In this document: piece by piece, positions 38,061 through 50,000 of the stretch
Layout: every line of letters begins with the position of its first letter
Numbering within the stretch: the stretch's first letter is position 1
Assembly (NCBI GenBank): GCA_905178155.1
Contig: CAJINV010000004.1
Span: 1,518,784 to 1,582,783, forward strand
DNA from: Amoebophrya sp. A120
Lineage: Eukaryota; Protista; Dinoflagellata
Direction: 5' to 3'
DNA length: 64,000 bases
Notes under the pieces: model-generated
The model's input: the letters and a program-made list of their open reading frames with translations, nothing else
Databases searched by the model: none
What the model was told of the DNA's origin: nothing
Translations under genes and position numbers: made by a program

Positions 38061-38205
38061 TATCAAGTGCAAAGATGTCTGGGTCTGGAAGAGTGCGAGC
38101 TTTGTCATGCTAATCTGGCTTGACACTGGACTGCCATTGATTATGTTTACAATTACAAATACAACCTTCGTGAAGATCCAGACCCAGACATATTTGCAGT
38201 GGATA
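38061..38205. mobile_element. Short introner A
   Basis: TATCAAGTGCAAAGATGTCTGGGTCTGGA...TCCAGACCCAGACATATTTGCAGTGGATA. Confidence 0.8.
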
Positions 38206-38242
38206 AATCGATGAGGATTCCGATCTGCTCGTGCACTATCAG

Positions 38243-38540
38243 TATTCATTGCAAATATCGAAGATTCGGGTCTGCAAGATTGCAAGGTTTTGTCATGATC
38301 GTTGGGCCTGCTGTCTGTGAGGTGTAAAAAACTGACGCAGGTTTACGAAGATGAGTTTTTAGAGTTCCCATTGGCTGTCCTGCAACTACAACATCAACGG
38401 AGTTCGTGGTCAGGTCATGTCTCATGCTTGCGTGGTGTCTAATGGTAATGTTGCACTGTGCTTGGCATGCACAATTTAGATTTACAATTCAGCGCTGCGA
38501 AAATGATTTGCAGACCGAGAGAGGATATTTGCAGTGGATA
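38243..38540. mobile_element. Degenerate introner A
   Basis: TATTCATTGCAAATATC...GATATTTGCAGTGGATA. Confidence 0.65.
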
Positions 38541-41500
38541 GGCAGCAGATCCAGCAAGCTTCTGAGGATGGGTTCAAGTCGCTCTCCCAGGGGTCCAAGG
38601 TACAAGAGCTTTATAAAAAATACTTCTACGGCATCAACATGTTTTGTAGAAGGATTTGGATTTCTTCTACTTTTGTAACAAACTTTCAATTCATTGTAGA
38701 CGGCAAACAACGTTTAACATTTTTTTTGTCGTGCTTGTAGTTGGTGTCTATTTCTATTGGATGCAAAGGATTTAGACGGGTAATATGGTACCAAAAACAA
38801 GGTGGAATACGACGTGGCGGACGAGTATGGCGGCATCAGCTGGGAAAACATCGTCCAAATGGAGACCGCAACGGGTTGCAATGCATGACTTGCAACTCAG
38901 GCAAAGTGAAAGTCGTGTCTGCATTTCTTAGCATGAGAACAAAGCACATGAAAAAACCATTGGTCAACCGCAGCCTGTTTCATTTTGCGAAGAAAGCTGC
39001 GAACAAGAAACAAGACGACAGTACGAGCAGTTTTCTATTTTGTGCTCCCGAAGAGTTCATGAATCACACTCATATCGACCTTCGGCCGCGTTGCAGAAAT
39101 TTGCGGTGCGCCGCTTAGAGACAAATGGCAGGCCGACCTGCATTCTTCACCTGGTTCTGGTTGTATGTAGTGAGGTTACCGAACGGCTCTAACCAGGGAG
39201 TTTTTTTGCCATATACCCTGAAAAACGATCGGCAGTTTTCAAGCGGCCGGAAGCGTTTTTGGACATAAAAAATTTTCAATTATCAAGCGGGCGGGGCTTT
39301 GCCATCAAACAAGCCCGGTAGAAAACTATCGATTCGCACTTGATAAAACGACGCAGGGGAGCCGGCAAAAGGGGCGCCCTTCTGAGGCGCCCGCCGCCTT
39401 GGTTTCTGGCGATTTGGGGCGCCCAAAAAGGGGCGCGCAAAAAACGCGCCCAAAATCAGAACAGCGAAACAGCATGGCACGGCCGCGATTTCGGAGCATT
39501 TTGGGCGGCCGCGAAAGCGGCCGCCTTTTCGCCGGTTTCAGAGCCTGGGAAGCTTTGCAAAACGCGCCGGCGTGAAAAATAAAAACGCGAAAAAGAAAAA
39601 GCGCCCCAGACGCGCAAAGCCAATCCGCATGCTATGGGCCCGATTTTCCTTCGCTTTTTGGGCGCCCACCGTGGCACCCGGATCGGCTCCATAGCATGGG
39701 GGCTGGCTTTCGGAAAGGAATTTCGGGAATTTGCGAAAATTTGCGACGTTTATCGAGCGGCCGCCATACCGTGCGGCCTAACGTTACTCGCTGCGGCATG
39801 GCGAGCCAAGAAAAAGCAAGGCCGCGGCCAAGGCGACGGCCGGCAAGAAAACGCCCACGACCTCACTACCCCCGCCCCGGCGGCTATATTTGGTATCAAG
39901 TGATTCTTCTCGCTCTCCTCTTGACGATTTTATTTTCCCGCCTGGCGCTGCCATAAGGGTCCGAAGGACAGCACGAAAAAAATCGCGGTCAACGTCTATG
40001 CTGGGTAAAAACGCCCCCATCAACTCAACACATTCATTCGTCAACAAGAGAAACATTTTGGTTACAAAAAGCGCCTGACTCAACATCCCTTGGGTGTCTG
40101 TGACGAACTCATTCCAACAACTACTAGGAAGCGACGGTGAAGAAGTAGTTGTAGGGGGCGGGTGCGCGACGGTGAATAGTACCAAGCGTTGCGGTTCAAC
40201 TTGTACTGCAGGAGCCACGTTCAAGTCAGGAATGGCAAATTTCTTTGCATAAAAAAGACAACGACCTCAGGGTGGTCGCCGTGGTGGGGACGTTTTGTTT
40301 ACACAGGATAAGGCCACCGGTCCGGACGGCAGCGATTGCGATCCCCGCCCCAAGTATGGGGAGAAAAAAATCTGTGTTTCATAGCCTTCTAATTCTTTCT
40401 TTGCAATAAAGACCACCTAGAAGATGATGATGATGACGCTGATGGTGAAGATGAAGTACACATCTCAAACCTTCTCCATGCTAGATAATTCTGCAGCGAT
40501 GGCTATCTTGCGCTGTGCTTGTTTCACGTGGTAGTGGTACTAGCTCGAAGCGACTCGTCGTACAAGACAAATTTGTGATGCTGATCCTCCGTAGTGGACG
40601 ACTAACTAACACTAAGTGGAAAAAACCAGTAGAGACATCACTAGTGAACACTGTTGTTTCTCCTCAATACCGAGGGCAAGGGAAAAGGCAAGAAGGGAGG
40701 TGACGGCAAGGGCAAAGGTACTACTTCTACTTGTTGTGGCGGAGTTGCATAGATTTAAATGGTGGTAAAATACACGTTTCTGTTTTCCTGTATGATCTAC
40801 CTGGTGAGCAGCAACAGATTCTGTTCGTAGTCGAATTCCGTGCAAATGCAGCAAGAAAAACTGGAGTTTAGTTTAACATTTTCTTGCGCTGCTGACGAAT
40901 AAATACTATCCAGTACTATGGAAGTAAGACGACCTGCACGCGACTTCAGGTAAGGGCAAGAAGGGCAAAGGAAAGGGCAAGGGATATCCAAAGTAAACAC
41001 GTACTTCCCATCAACTTCAACACGCCAGACTTGTCATCCAAGTCTGGATGGCAAAGCCTGCGTTAGCTTAAGTTTCGCATTTGTAGTATTTCCTAACAGG
41101 TTTCCGTTTCTTTCAACAGTGGTGGTTGGGAGTTTTGTTCCGTCCTGCTCTAATCAGGATGAGAAAGTCGCTTCCTCATGTGCAGCTAGCGCTAACCACG
41201 CCTTTGCTGTAGGTACCCGAAGAACTTGTGCTTGTCATGCGCAGTAGCCAAGCGCTTTTGATTTGTATAGCAGTTTGCATTTAGAATTTAGTAACCTGAC
41301 GATGGGATAGCAGATGCGTTTTTGCACAGGATAGGGGAAAAAAGAAGGGTGGCGACGACGATGACGACGAGTAGGATGATATCGCGAGAAGAAACTGTCT
41401 CCGTCTCAACTTGTAATGCGGAAACCGCTTGACGCTGCAATAGCAGGTGTGCGCGCGCTGGCGCTCTGCTCCTACTTTCACACGTGTTTATCTCCTTTTC

Positions 41501-42073
41501 TCTTGCGTCTGGCGCATCCCAGTTTTTGTCTGTCATGAGGAGCGCAGAGTCGGCTGCACAGATTTTTTTGAGCCAGGGACAGTTCAGTTCTCCTTGGGAT
41601 AGACGATTCAGCTGGAGCACTTTCACGTCGCACTTCGTCTCTATGATAGTGGACAAGAACTCCGCCCCCGTTCATAGTCGCACTCCATCATAGTATGTAT
41701 AAGAACGGATCGCTGGCAAGGGGAGAGATTAAGAAACCGAAACAGCATATTCCTGTTTCTTCTTCGAGCACGTTAGCTTCTCACCTTTTTTGGGATGAAG
41801 AACAGTTCAGCGGTTTTGACACAACTACGATTTTCAAGAACAAACTATTAAGGGACTCCAGTTGTACTGATTAACCTCAGTATAATATTAATCTACCTCC
41901 GTTCATCGCAAAATAAGTACAGCTATTTCAAATTCAAGTTTTTGGCGCCCTGTTTTACTACGGAAGATTTCGATTTATTCACAGAATTTAGCAGCTTCAC
42001 CTAGCAGGTAGAAACAAGTGGCAGACCCAGACCCACCTCTTCGAAGAAATTAAGTAGCAATTTACAACACTTC

Positions 42074-42279
42074 TATCGCAAGAAAAAACTGTTTCACTGT
42101 GAACTTGTGATGCAGCAACACAGAACTATTTGTCTTGCTACACCCGCAGCAAGGCATTGGATTTTCAGGCGTGCTTTCCCTTGGGAAGCGCGCAGAGCAA
42201 GTTTTCAGAGTCATGTGTAACAAACTTGTGATGCAGATCTTGCAAAATTGTCACAGTGAAGCAGTTTTTTTGTGGGATA
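42074..42279. mobile_element. Introner family C; host gene unclear
   Basis: TATCGCAAGAAAAAACTGTTTCACTGTGA...TCACAGTGAAGCAGTTTTTTTGTGGGATA; DR ACTTC/ACTTC. Confidence 0.85.
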
Positions 42280-43209
42280 ACTTCTATAATGACGTTAATA
42301 CCGTTACCGAGGACAGGAACTGCAAGCTCCTAGAAAAAGAAATATTCGACAACGTTGATGTGGTCAGACTTGGGCGAAGTCTTATGGACCACTCTGTTGA
42401 CGACGAACTATGAGCAATCCTTGGCTGCAACAGAAATCACGAAAAATATTACCATTTTTTTACTGAAAACTTTTTTATTTTCTACTCATGCTGCGTGAGC
42501 GGTAGAGAAAAAACGAAGAAGCGTGGCATTGGCCACGGTGATATACTTCTTATTGACGGGCGTGTCGACTCCTCTGCCGCTTCACTATGCGGTGCAAAAT
42601 TTCGCCGAATTACCAGATTTCAATTTGATGTCATTTGCCCGCCGCAAACGCAAGCACGGAAATTGACAGGCCTAGGATATTGTTGTGAAGATTTTACTTT
42701 ACTTTGTGAAAGGAGGTACTTCTAGACGGATAGATTCCGAGATGGCCTCTTGCTGCAACTCGCAAGTTGTTCATCGGGAAATAAAGTTGGTAGAAAAGCA
42801 AAGGCAAGGTCAATTTTGCACCTGTTTGGTTGTGGGATGTGATCTGAGAAAATTGTCGACTGGTCTCTGGTAGCGTGATCGTCAGGCCTGCTCATTCTTC
42901 GGAAATCGTGGCTTTCTCTCGTCTACTTAGTACTATCCTATCGGAGATAAGCTCTAGGATACATAGTAGTCTAAAATCTCCGTATCATGATCGGAGATAA
43001 GAAGTTCTTCGATTCTTTCGTGTTGCATCGTCTTCGTCCATCTTCTTCACTGACACGGTCTCTCCTGTCAAGGAAGGGCCTGAAAATGAGAACTGCTACT
43101 TGTTATCGTTGGCGGTTCTATTGAGGTGATCGTGAATTTCTTACGACGTTCTTTGGTGTCACAACGACCAAAGGACAATGTCATCGCAGCACAGAAAATT
43201 TGATCCGAA

Positions 43210-43863
43210 TCATCTTCGATACTTACAATGTTGTGCACTATTCTTTATGTGCACTTTTAAATTTACATTGGCTGTTCGCTGAGTAGTACTGGTATCAGCT
43301 GCTACTTTTCCTGTGAACTCGTAATTGTACACGTCGACACTGACACAATGGCTGCAGAAGATGACGAGACCTTTACATACGAGCACAGCTGCCCCGACGT
43401 GGTGCCACATCCAGCTGCTCGCAACGTCGAACACGACAGAAGCAGGCGTCAAGGGGAACAAGTTGTGGGACCCCGAGAAGAGGAAGTTGTAAATGATCGC
43501 TATGGTGACCACGAGGAGCAGTCCGAAGAAGAAGAACCACAGCATGTTCGGGATCGAGTTGAACAACCAGATCAACATTTGCGAGAAGATCATCCGGGCG
43601 CAACCGCTCATCTTCCCGGCACTGACCACGTTGCCGCGGACGCTGGTACTAGTACTTCTAATTATTCCAACTCCTCTGCTGGGTTCTTCTCCTTCTTGTG
43701 CAGCGCGTGTTACGACGTTCTGGGCTGCGGAAATGGGAGTGGTGCTTGCACTTTTATGCAATAGAAGCGAAAAACTTCGAGAAGTAGTTTGTGTTCCTCG
43801 ACAGCCCATGGTAGATTTGTCTTGTTCAACATGATCCGTAGAGGTGGACGACGCAGAGTTCAA
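43210..43863 (-). CDS. Putative membrane protein of unknown function
   Basis: 217-aa ORF with hydrophobic segments (MLWFFFFGLLLVVTIAIIYNFLF); the overlapping + ORF looks like its antisense shadow. Confidence 0.4.
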   Translation of the reverse strand: MNSASSTSTDHVEQDKSTMGCRGTQTTSRSFSLLLHKSASTTPISAAQNVVTRAAQEGEEPSRGVGIIRSTSTSVRGNVVSAGKMSGCARMIFSQMLIWLFNSIPNMLWFFFFGLLLVVTIAIIYNFLFSGSHNLFPLTPASVVFDVASSWMWHHVGAAVLVCKGLVIFCSHCVSVDVYNYEFTGKVAADTSTTQRTANVNLKVHIKNSAQHCKYRR

Positions 43864-44166
43864 TAAAGGTGCAAGTTGTACTAGTGCACGACTGTTTAGT
43901 ACTTATTCTTGCATTTGCAAGAATTTGGTGGACAACATTCATTCATGAGACGTTTGTTTGACGTCACCCCGCTTGACCATGCTGCGTGGCAGATCTTGTT
44001 GCATTTTTGTAGGAGCTAGTGCATGATTGTTTTTGCTTGTTCGCTGCCAAAGAAACTGACATGATCTACTGGTGTTGGGGAGGGCTCAAAGCCGCTTCTT
44101 CCTTGCATAAAAACCTTCTGGCAAGACAAGTGGGACGGTTTCGCCCGTAGTTTCTTCGGCGCCGCG

Positions 44167-46041
44167 GTGGTCCAGTCTTGTGCTTGTCTCTGTACGACAA
44201 TCCTCGAGTGTTTCGTCGGGGCCATTCCGATTGTGGCTTTGCTGAAGCTGGTCTGTGGCGTTCCGCAGCTGCTCTTCGTCGATTCCATTACGTTTCTCAC
44301 GGGCTATTGCACCTTCTTCGCGAGTATGCATGTGCATCTCACCTATGTCTTGGTCTGGAAATTATAAAGTGCGGACGTTGTGGTCATGCTGTAGTTTCTA
44401 CTGCATAGCATTACGATGAACAAGGAAAAGTAGCAGCACCATCACAGGTCGTAGTTTTGAGGAGGTGTCTCAATACCGCTACTTCCTGAAAAATTTCTGA
44501 CCCGGAGGACATAGTTCTTGCATTCAATAGCGAGCCCCGAGACGCGCAACCCTCTGTGCGTGAGGCTGTTGCAGGTGATGGCGTTTTTCGCGGTCCTTTT
44601 CCACGCGGTCGCGCTGCTCGTTCGTTTTGGTCCCGAGCCGCATCAACGGTCTTGGGAACAGTTTCTGAAACCAGACTGTAGTACATCAACCGTACTGGCT
44701 ACTAGAAAAGGAGGAGAACCTCCCTCGGGCGCAGCCTTATTTAGTGGTGCAGCATCAACCGGACCGGGGCCGTTCCCGTTCCGTGCAGGGACTGCTCCTA
44801 CTGGTGCAAGTACCAACATAGTTGGGGAGGTAGATGCGAACGATCCACAAGAACCTCTTCGCAGCAAGAGTGCAGCTTCGCTTTCGCACGCAGCAGCCTC
44901 CGGCTCATCTCCTCCAGGGGGTTCTTCCCCCGGAGCTGCGGACGTCGCAGTTGTACCGCCAGTAGCCGCTGGGGCTGGCGAAGGCCATGTTGATCTGGGC
45001 AGAAAAACAATTAAGAATCTCGTGCCAGACTACTACACGACCAAGAGTGCTGCCCCCGCTGGTCCTCTGATGTCGGCGGACAAGCAGGTGCAGCGACACC
45101 AACGCCCTTCGTCCGCATATGGCGTTCTCAAATGTTACATTCTTAACTGTTACGTGATCTGTCATGCAAAATTACAACCAGAATCGACGCGATCAAGCTG
45201 CTTCGCGTGATAAATTCTCGAAGAGCCAAACAGGCTAAAAGTCTGCGCCAAGTCTGTCATGCAAGATGCGCAAGGCCAAGGTCACCCCTTTCACTTTTGC
45301 CATTCTTGCATCTTCACAAATCCATGTAACAGCTGAGAGTGTAACAGTTGAGAACGCCATGCCGCAAGTTCAATCAACGACGGGCGAGGTCGTGGAGACG
45401 GCTCTAGTACTCTGCCTTTAGTAGCTCATGATCTTTCGTCCGCCAGTTCACCGGAAGGTGGACAGGGAGCAGTGGCTACAGACGGAACGAGGACCTTCAC
45501 GGCGACGATACTACCGCAGCCGCCTGGCACCTCCAGTGATTCGGAGGTAGTCCTAGTCTCCGGCACATCTTCTTCTACTGCTCCATCGGGACAAATAGAA
45601 GAAGTACAGAACTCAAGTACTACTTGCGTCTACTCGTTACACGGATTCGGTGGGGACGTGATCCTGCTGTGCGCTATCTTGCAGTACTGCGTGATTGGTT
45701 TTTTAGCGCGGTCTCGGTCCCGCGCACTGCTCCTGCAGGGACTGGATGGGGACCACCAAGACGGGTTTCGGTATCAGGGTGAAGTATCTGGCAACTATGC
45801 TGCAGATCCGTTCGCGCCGCAAATTTTCCACCAGGAGGTAGAGATGGCGAGTGGCATGAATCCAGGGGTATTTAATACGGATAGTACGGGAACAGCGAGC
45901 CCTTCCGCGCCTTCTGGAAACATCAGCAGCTCGGCGTCCCCGGATGGTGCCATGCCGCCAACTCGCAGTACTACTTTCTTGCCTTTTAGCGGCGCCGGAC
46001 ATCGTTTAGGCATCGAGAAGGAGAATGAGGGGAGTGCTTGA
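44167..46041 (+). CDS. Multi-pass membrane protein with a C-terminal SHP-box-like p97/Cdc48-binding motif; true start uncertain
   Basis: Two introners removed in frame (TFFA|SPETR; PSSA|SSIND); hydrophobic segments; ends FLPFSGAGHRLGIEKENEGSA*. Confidence 0.65.
44325..44529. mobile_element. Degenerate introner A
   Basis: DR GCGAG/GCGAG; frame restored. Confidence 0.75.
45118..45361. mobile_element. Introner family E
   Basis: TATGGCGTTCTCAAATGTTACA...TGTAACAGTTGAGAACGCCATG; DR CCGCA/CCGCA. Confidence 0.85.
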
Positions 46042-47011
46042 AGATGTCATAGTTGGCAAGGTAGTTAGTAGATAACAGCACGTCGTGGTCCTTCATCGTG
46101 TACCGACCGCTTTGCGTCCTTTAAGAGATGAAATTCGGAAGCCAATGACTTGGGAAGAACCGGCGGTTCTACATCTGCGAAGACCACATGCGTCGCATGC
46201 CGCCGGAAAATAAATCTGACTGAATCTTCACAAGGACCAGCGAATCAATGTTGCTGATGCGTAGGAAGTGTCTTCGGCTGAAATTTGGATGAAACAATAC
46301 TTGTGCCATGTGAAGAAGTGTCCATTACAGGGCTATGTGTTTGGCATCAAGAAAGATAAAGAGATCTTGGTCTTGCTCTGCCTGCGGTGTAAGTGATAGT
46401 TGTTCTCGGAGAGGAATCCCGAAGAAAGGAGCCTTCGCTGCCTCGGTCCGCTTTCGAAAAATGTCCTCTGCTCGCTGCTTTATCTTGAAAGAAGTAGTGC
46501 GAAGTTCAGCTCATTTGGATTTTGCTCACAAGATCTTCCCGATCTGTCTCGAATGTTTTTTTATCGCTCCGTCAAGACTATGAGTCAGCCGATCACGAGG
46601 ATGATGCTTTGTATGGCAATTTTGTTACAACCTTGCACCGTAGTTGAAGTCGTACTGCTTTCTGTTCTACATCTACTGTAGTTGTAGCGCCAGCATCAAG
46701 ATCGTCGATCACAACGCCGATTCGTTCCACTCATTCGCACAAAGTTTTTTTTTGCCGATCCTTGTTGCTTGTCCACGACCCATTCGGGAATGGTACTAGA
46801 AATCCTAGCACATCATGATCACAACAACTTCGTCTAAGCTCACTGACTCGTTCTTTCAACAAAGTGCTGCGCTACGTTTCTTTTTTTGACGCTTGTTCCC
46901 GTCGACATTCTGATTCTACTTGCTGTTAGTTCTGGGCAACTTCATCAACATTAAGGTTAGTTTTGTTTCGTGAAAAATCATAAACGGTGCTCGGTACAAC
47001 GATAGTACAGT

Positions 47012-50000
47012 ATGGAGCTGCAGCTTCAACTGCAGAAGGCGTCTTGCGCTGGCAGCAAGAGGTCCTTTCGCTCGTCCGGTGACTCCTTTGTCTTGGAGCA
47101 TAGCATGATTCTCACTAACGTCGCTTTGCGTCCGAGAAGTGGTGCGCATGTAACAGCCCGAGGTGACAGCGCACCCACCGTGCTGTGTGCGACAAGAAGG
47201 TCCTGCCCATATCCACCGGATCTGGAGCAGGATGCAGATGCGCAGCAGATGGACGTCGGAACCTGCTCCAATGGGCTGTTCTACTCCCGAAGCAGTACTA
47301 CTAGTACAACCACGGGGCCTTGTTTGGATGTCGGTGCCACTGCAACAGCATCTTCTTCGTGTGGTAAAAAGACTCGCCGTCCAGCAGCAGCTGTGATCAA
47401 GAGCGCCAGAAGCGGTGGAAAAGTTCGTTCCCCCGGGGGAAGTTCTACAAGAGCCACAACATGTGTAGGAACAAGAGGACCACATGATCTTCACGTAGGG
47501 GCACTTCTACAGCACGCGCAAGAACTGCAACCGTCGAGGAAAACGTCATCTGCCACGACTGCCTCTTCACGGCGACCGGGTGGGAAAGTTTCTTTTTCCA
47601 CCGGGGCGAAAAGACTGATAACAAGCAGAAGGTCGTTGTTCTTGTTCCACATTTTTGCAACAGGCGGAGCTGCTGTGGCCAGAAGCGTGGAGGTGCTGAC
47701 AGGGACCACAAGCAAGATGTTGCTCATGTCCTCGCTCTCGCCGTGGTCCTCGTCCACCGTGCTGCCCGTAGGAGCGAGTTATCCATCCGAACCAGAGCAG
47801 GAACTGCAGCCGTGGCTGACGTACTTCGAAACGAGCGATCCAGACTGCTGGAGCAAAAACAAGCTGATCGACTGGGAGCTCTACCGACGGCAAATCTTCG
47901 ATGCCATCAAGGACGTGCACGACCTGCGCTTGTTGCGCCTGCCGTCGGACTTCCAGAAAAACTGGATTTTCGTGCTGAAAAACTTCTCCCTGGCGCTGCA
48001 GGAGTGTCCGCTGGGCACCATCGCGTCCTCGACGCTGGCCGCCGCCTGGCAGCAGAATCGGTGATATCCTGTGGAAAAACGTGCCTACACAAACCAACAA
48101 GGTTCGGCTGTCGCGCATGAAAGCTACCTACATTGGGGTCGCAGTTGTGTAAAAATCTTGTTTAGCTAGGCGGGTAGCTCTAGGTCTAGCTGTGCCACAC
48201 ATCGACCGCTCCATGAAGATCCTGCGGCTAGCATGGCAAACTCCCGAATAGTAGCATGAGAAAGCACTTCGCATGTTGTGGCTGCGCCTGTTGAGACACA
48301 TTCCAGTCAAGGCGAGTAGCGTGACAAACCTGGGGTGGGGACGTTTTTACTCAGGATGGGCAGCCGGTCGAGGCGAATCTGGTGGAAGAATTTCCCCTGT
48401 ACTTCCTGCAGACCCCCTACGAAAGTGCACGACAACCACTCCCCTTCGTTCTCATTTCTCATGCAAAACACCAACTCCATCTCCACAGCTTCCCTCCTGT
48501 CACTATCATGCATGACAGGTTCTCGTACTCGTTGCAACATCTTCCCAAGTAGCACTACACTCCTGCGCAAATTTGTCATGCGAAACTTGCATAAATTTAA
48601 ATATCTAGCATTCTTCTTGCCGACGCTTGTGTTGCTGTTCATCATGTTTCACAAACTTAGGCGAGAAGTTGCAGTTGTGCACTCTCATACCCTTATCCTG
48701 GAGCTAGTCGGCCGCGACGTGGTGGAGCTGCTCCGTTTGGTGAATTTCCGTGTCTTGATCACGACCGAGTGGCCCCTGTTCAAGATTTTGTGCCACCTGA
48801 ACTTTTATCAACTGTAAAAATGTCTGGGTCTGGAAGGATTCAACTTGTCATGCTGATTTTGGATCCTAAAAAAATCTGTATTGCATGAGCAGCAAAGAGA
48901 GTCCAAGTTTTGCTACACGGAAAGAGCATTTGTCCTGCGGTATAGGCATCAGGAAGCCCTCACAAAATCTGTGATGCTAGGGCATGCATCACAGACATCA
49001 GGAGTCATGCAAAATGTGCATGACAAACCTGGCAATCTTCCAGTCCCAGACATTTTTACATTTGATAACTTTGACCAGGCCCTGCAGGCGTTGGACGAGA
49101 ACAACGGCCCGCAGCAGTGCGGCGAGCTCAGCGTGTCTGGGTATCCGAGCCAGTTTATCCTCGACACTATCAGGAGCAAAAACGTCTCCATCCCACTCCC
49201 AGAGTTGTCATGCAAGTTTGCTGTTGCAGGAATGGAATGGAACATTTGTAGTGTTGTAAACAGGATAAGGAGACGGCTCTGTGATGCGGCGGTGCTTGCT
49301 AAACTGCACCATAAAACAAAGAGGAGCTTGTCAACAAGCGTGACAACTCCCGAAACTTCTTGATTTGTGTCGCTAAGATCCCAACTTGTGACTCTGGGGT
49401 GGGGAGCGACGGTTTTGCTCAGGATGGACGCGATCAATTCCTTCACGTCTTACGCTGAGAACAAGGGACTGCAAGCGGCCAAGTTTCTATCGTAAGAAAA
49501 AACTGCTTCACTGTAAAGATTTTGCAAGTTTTACATTACAAGTTCACTACACATTACAACGAAAACTTGCCATGCGAGGATCCTAAGGGAAAACACCGCT
49601 AAAAATCACTTGTCTTGCATGTGGAGCAAGACAAACACTTCAATGATGCATTTTCTGCATTACGGGTTTACAGTGAAACAGTTTTTTCTTGCGATAGTTT
49701 CTGAAGGAGCTAGATCCCATGATCTACGGCATCATGAAGGACCCCCGGGAGTTCGGCACCGTTTTCCTCACATCCTGCCCCTCCGGCGCCCTCAGCATCG
49801 CGACCGTGAGCTGCATATCCACAGTACTTGAAACGCCCCCACGAGCGGAAAGTGACTATCATGGGGACTACTACCTTGCTAGTTAGTGCACAAGTCAACC
49901 AGTTTCAATATTGGCCGTGATGCATCATGATGACGAGCTTGGGCTGCTCGCAGTGCAAGTAGTCGCGTTCAGCTAGTGTAGCCTCGTCAGAAATCGAGCG

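Noticed and set aside
37260-39118. Minus-strand gene hosting the two introners at 38 kb
   Set aside because: No stop-free spliced frame could be built by hand; possibly a pseudogene
43348-43764. Acidic + strand ORF
   Set aside because: H/R/Q/D/E-rich composition typical of the antisense shadow of the hydrophobic minus-strand ORF
48062-48064. In-frame TGA suggesting stop-codon reassignment
   Set aside because: It disappears if the splice falls within the flanking 5-mer; genes otherwise end at normal stops
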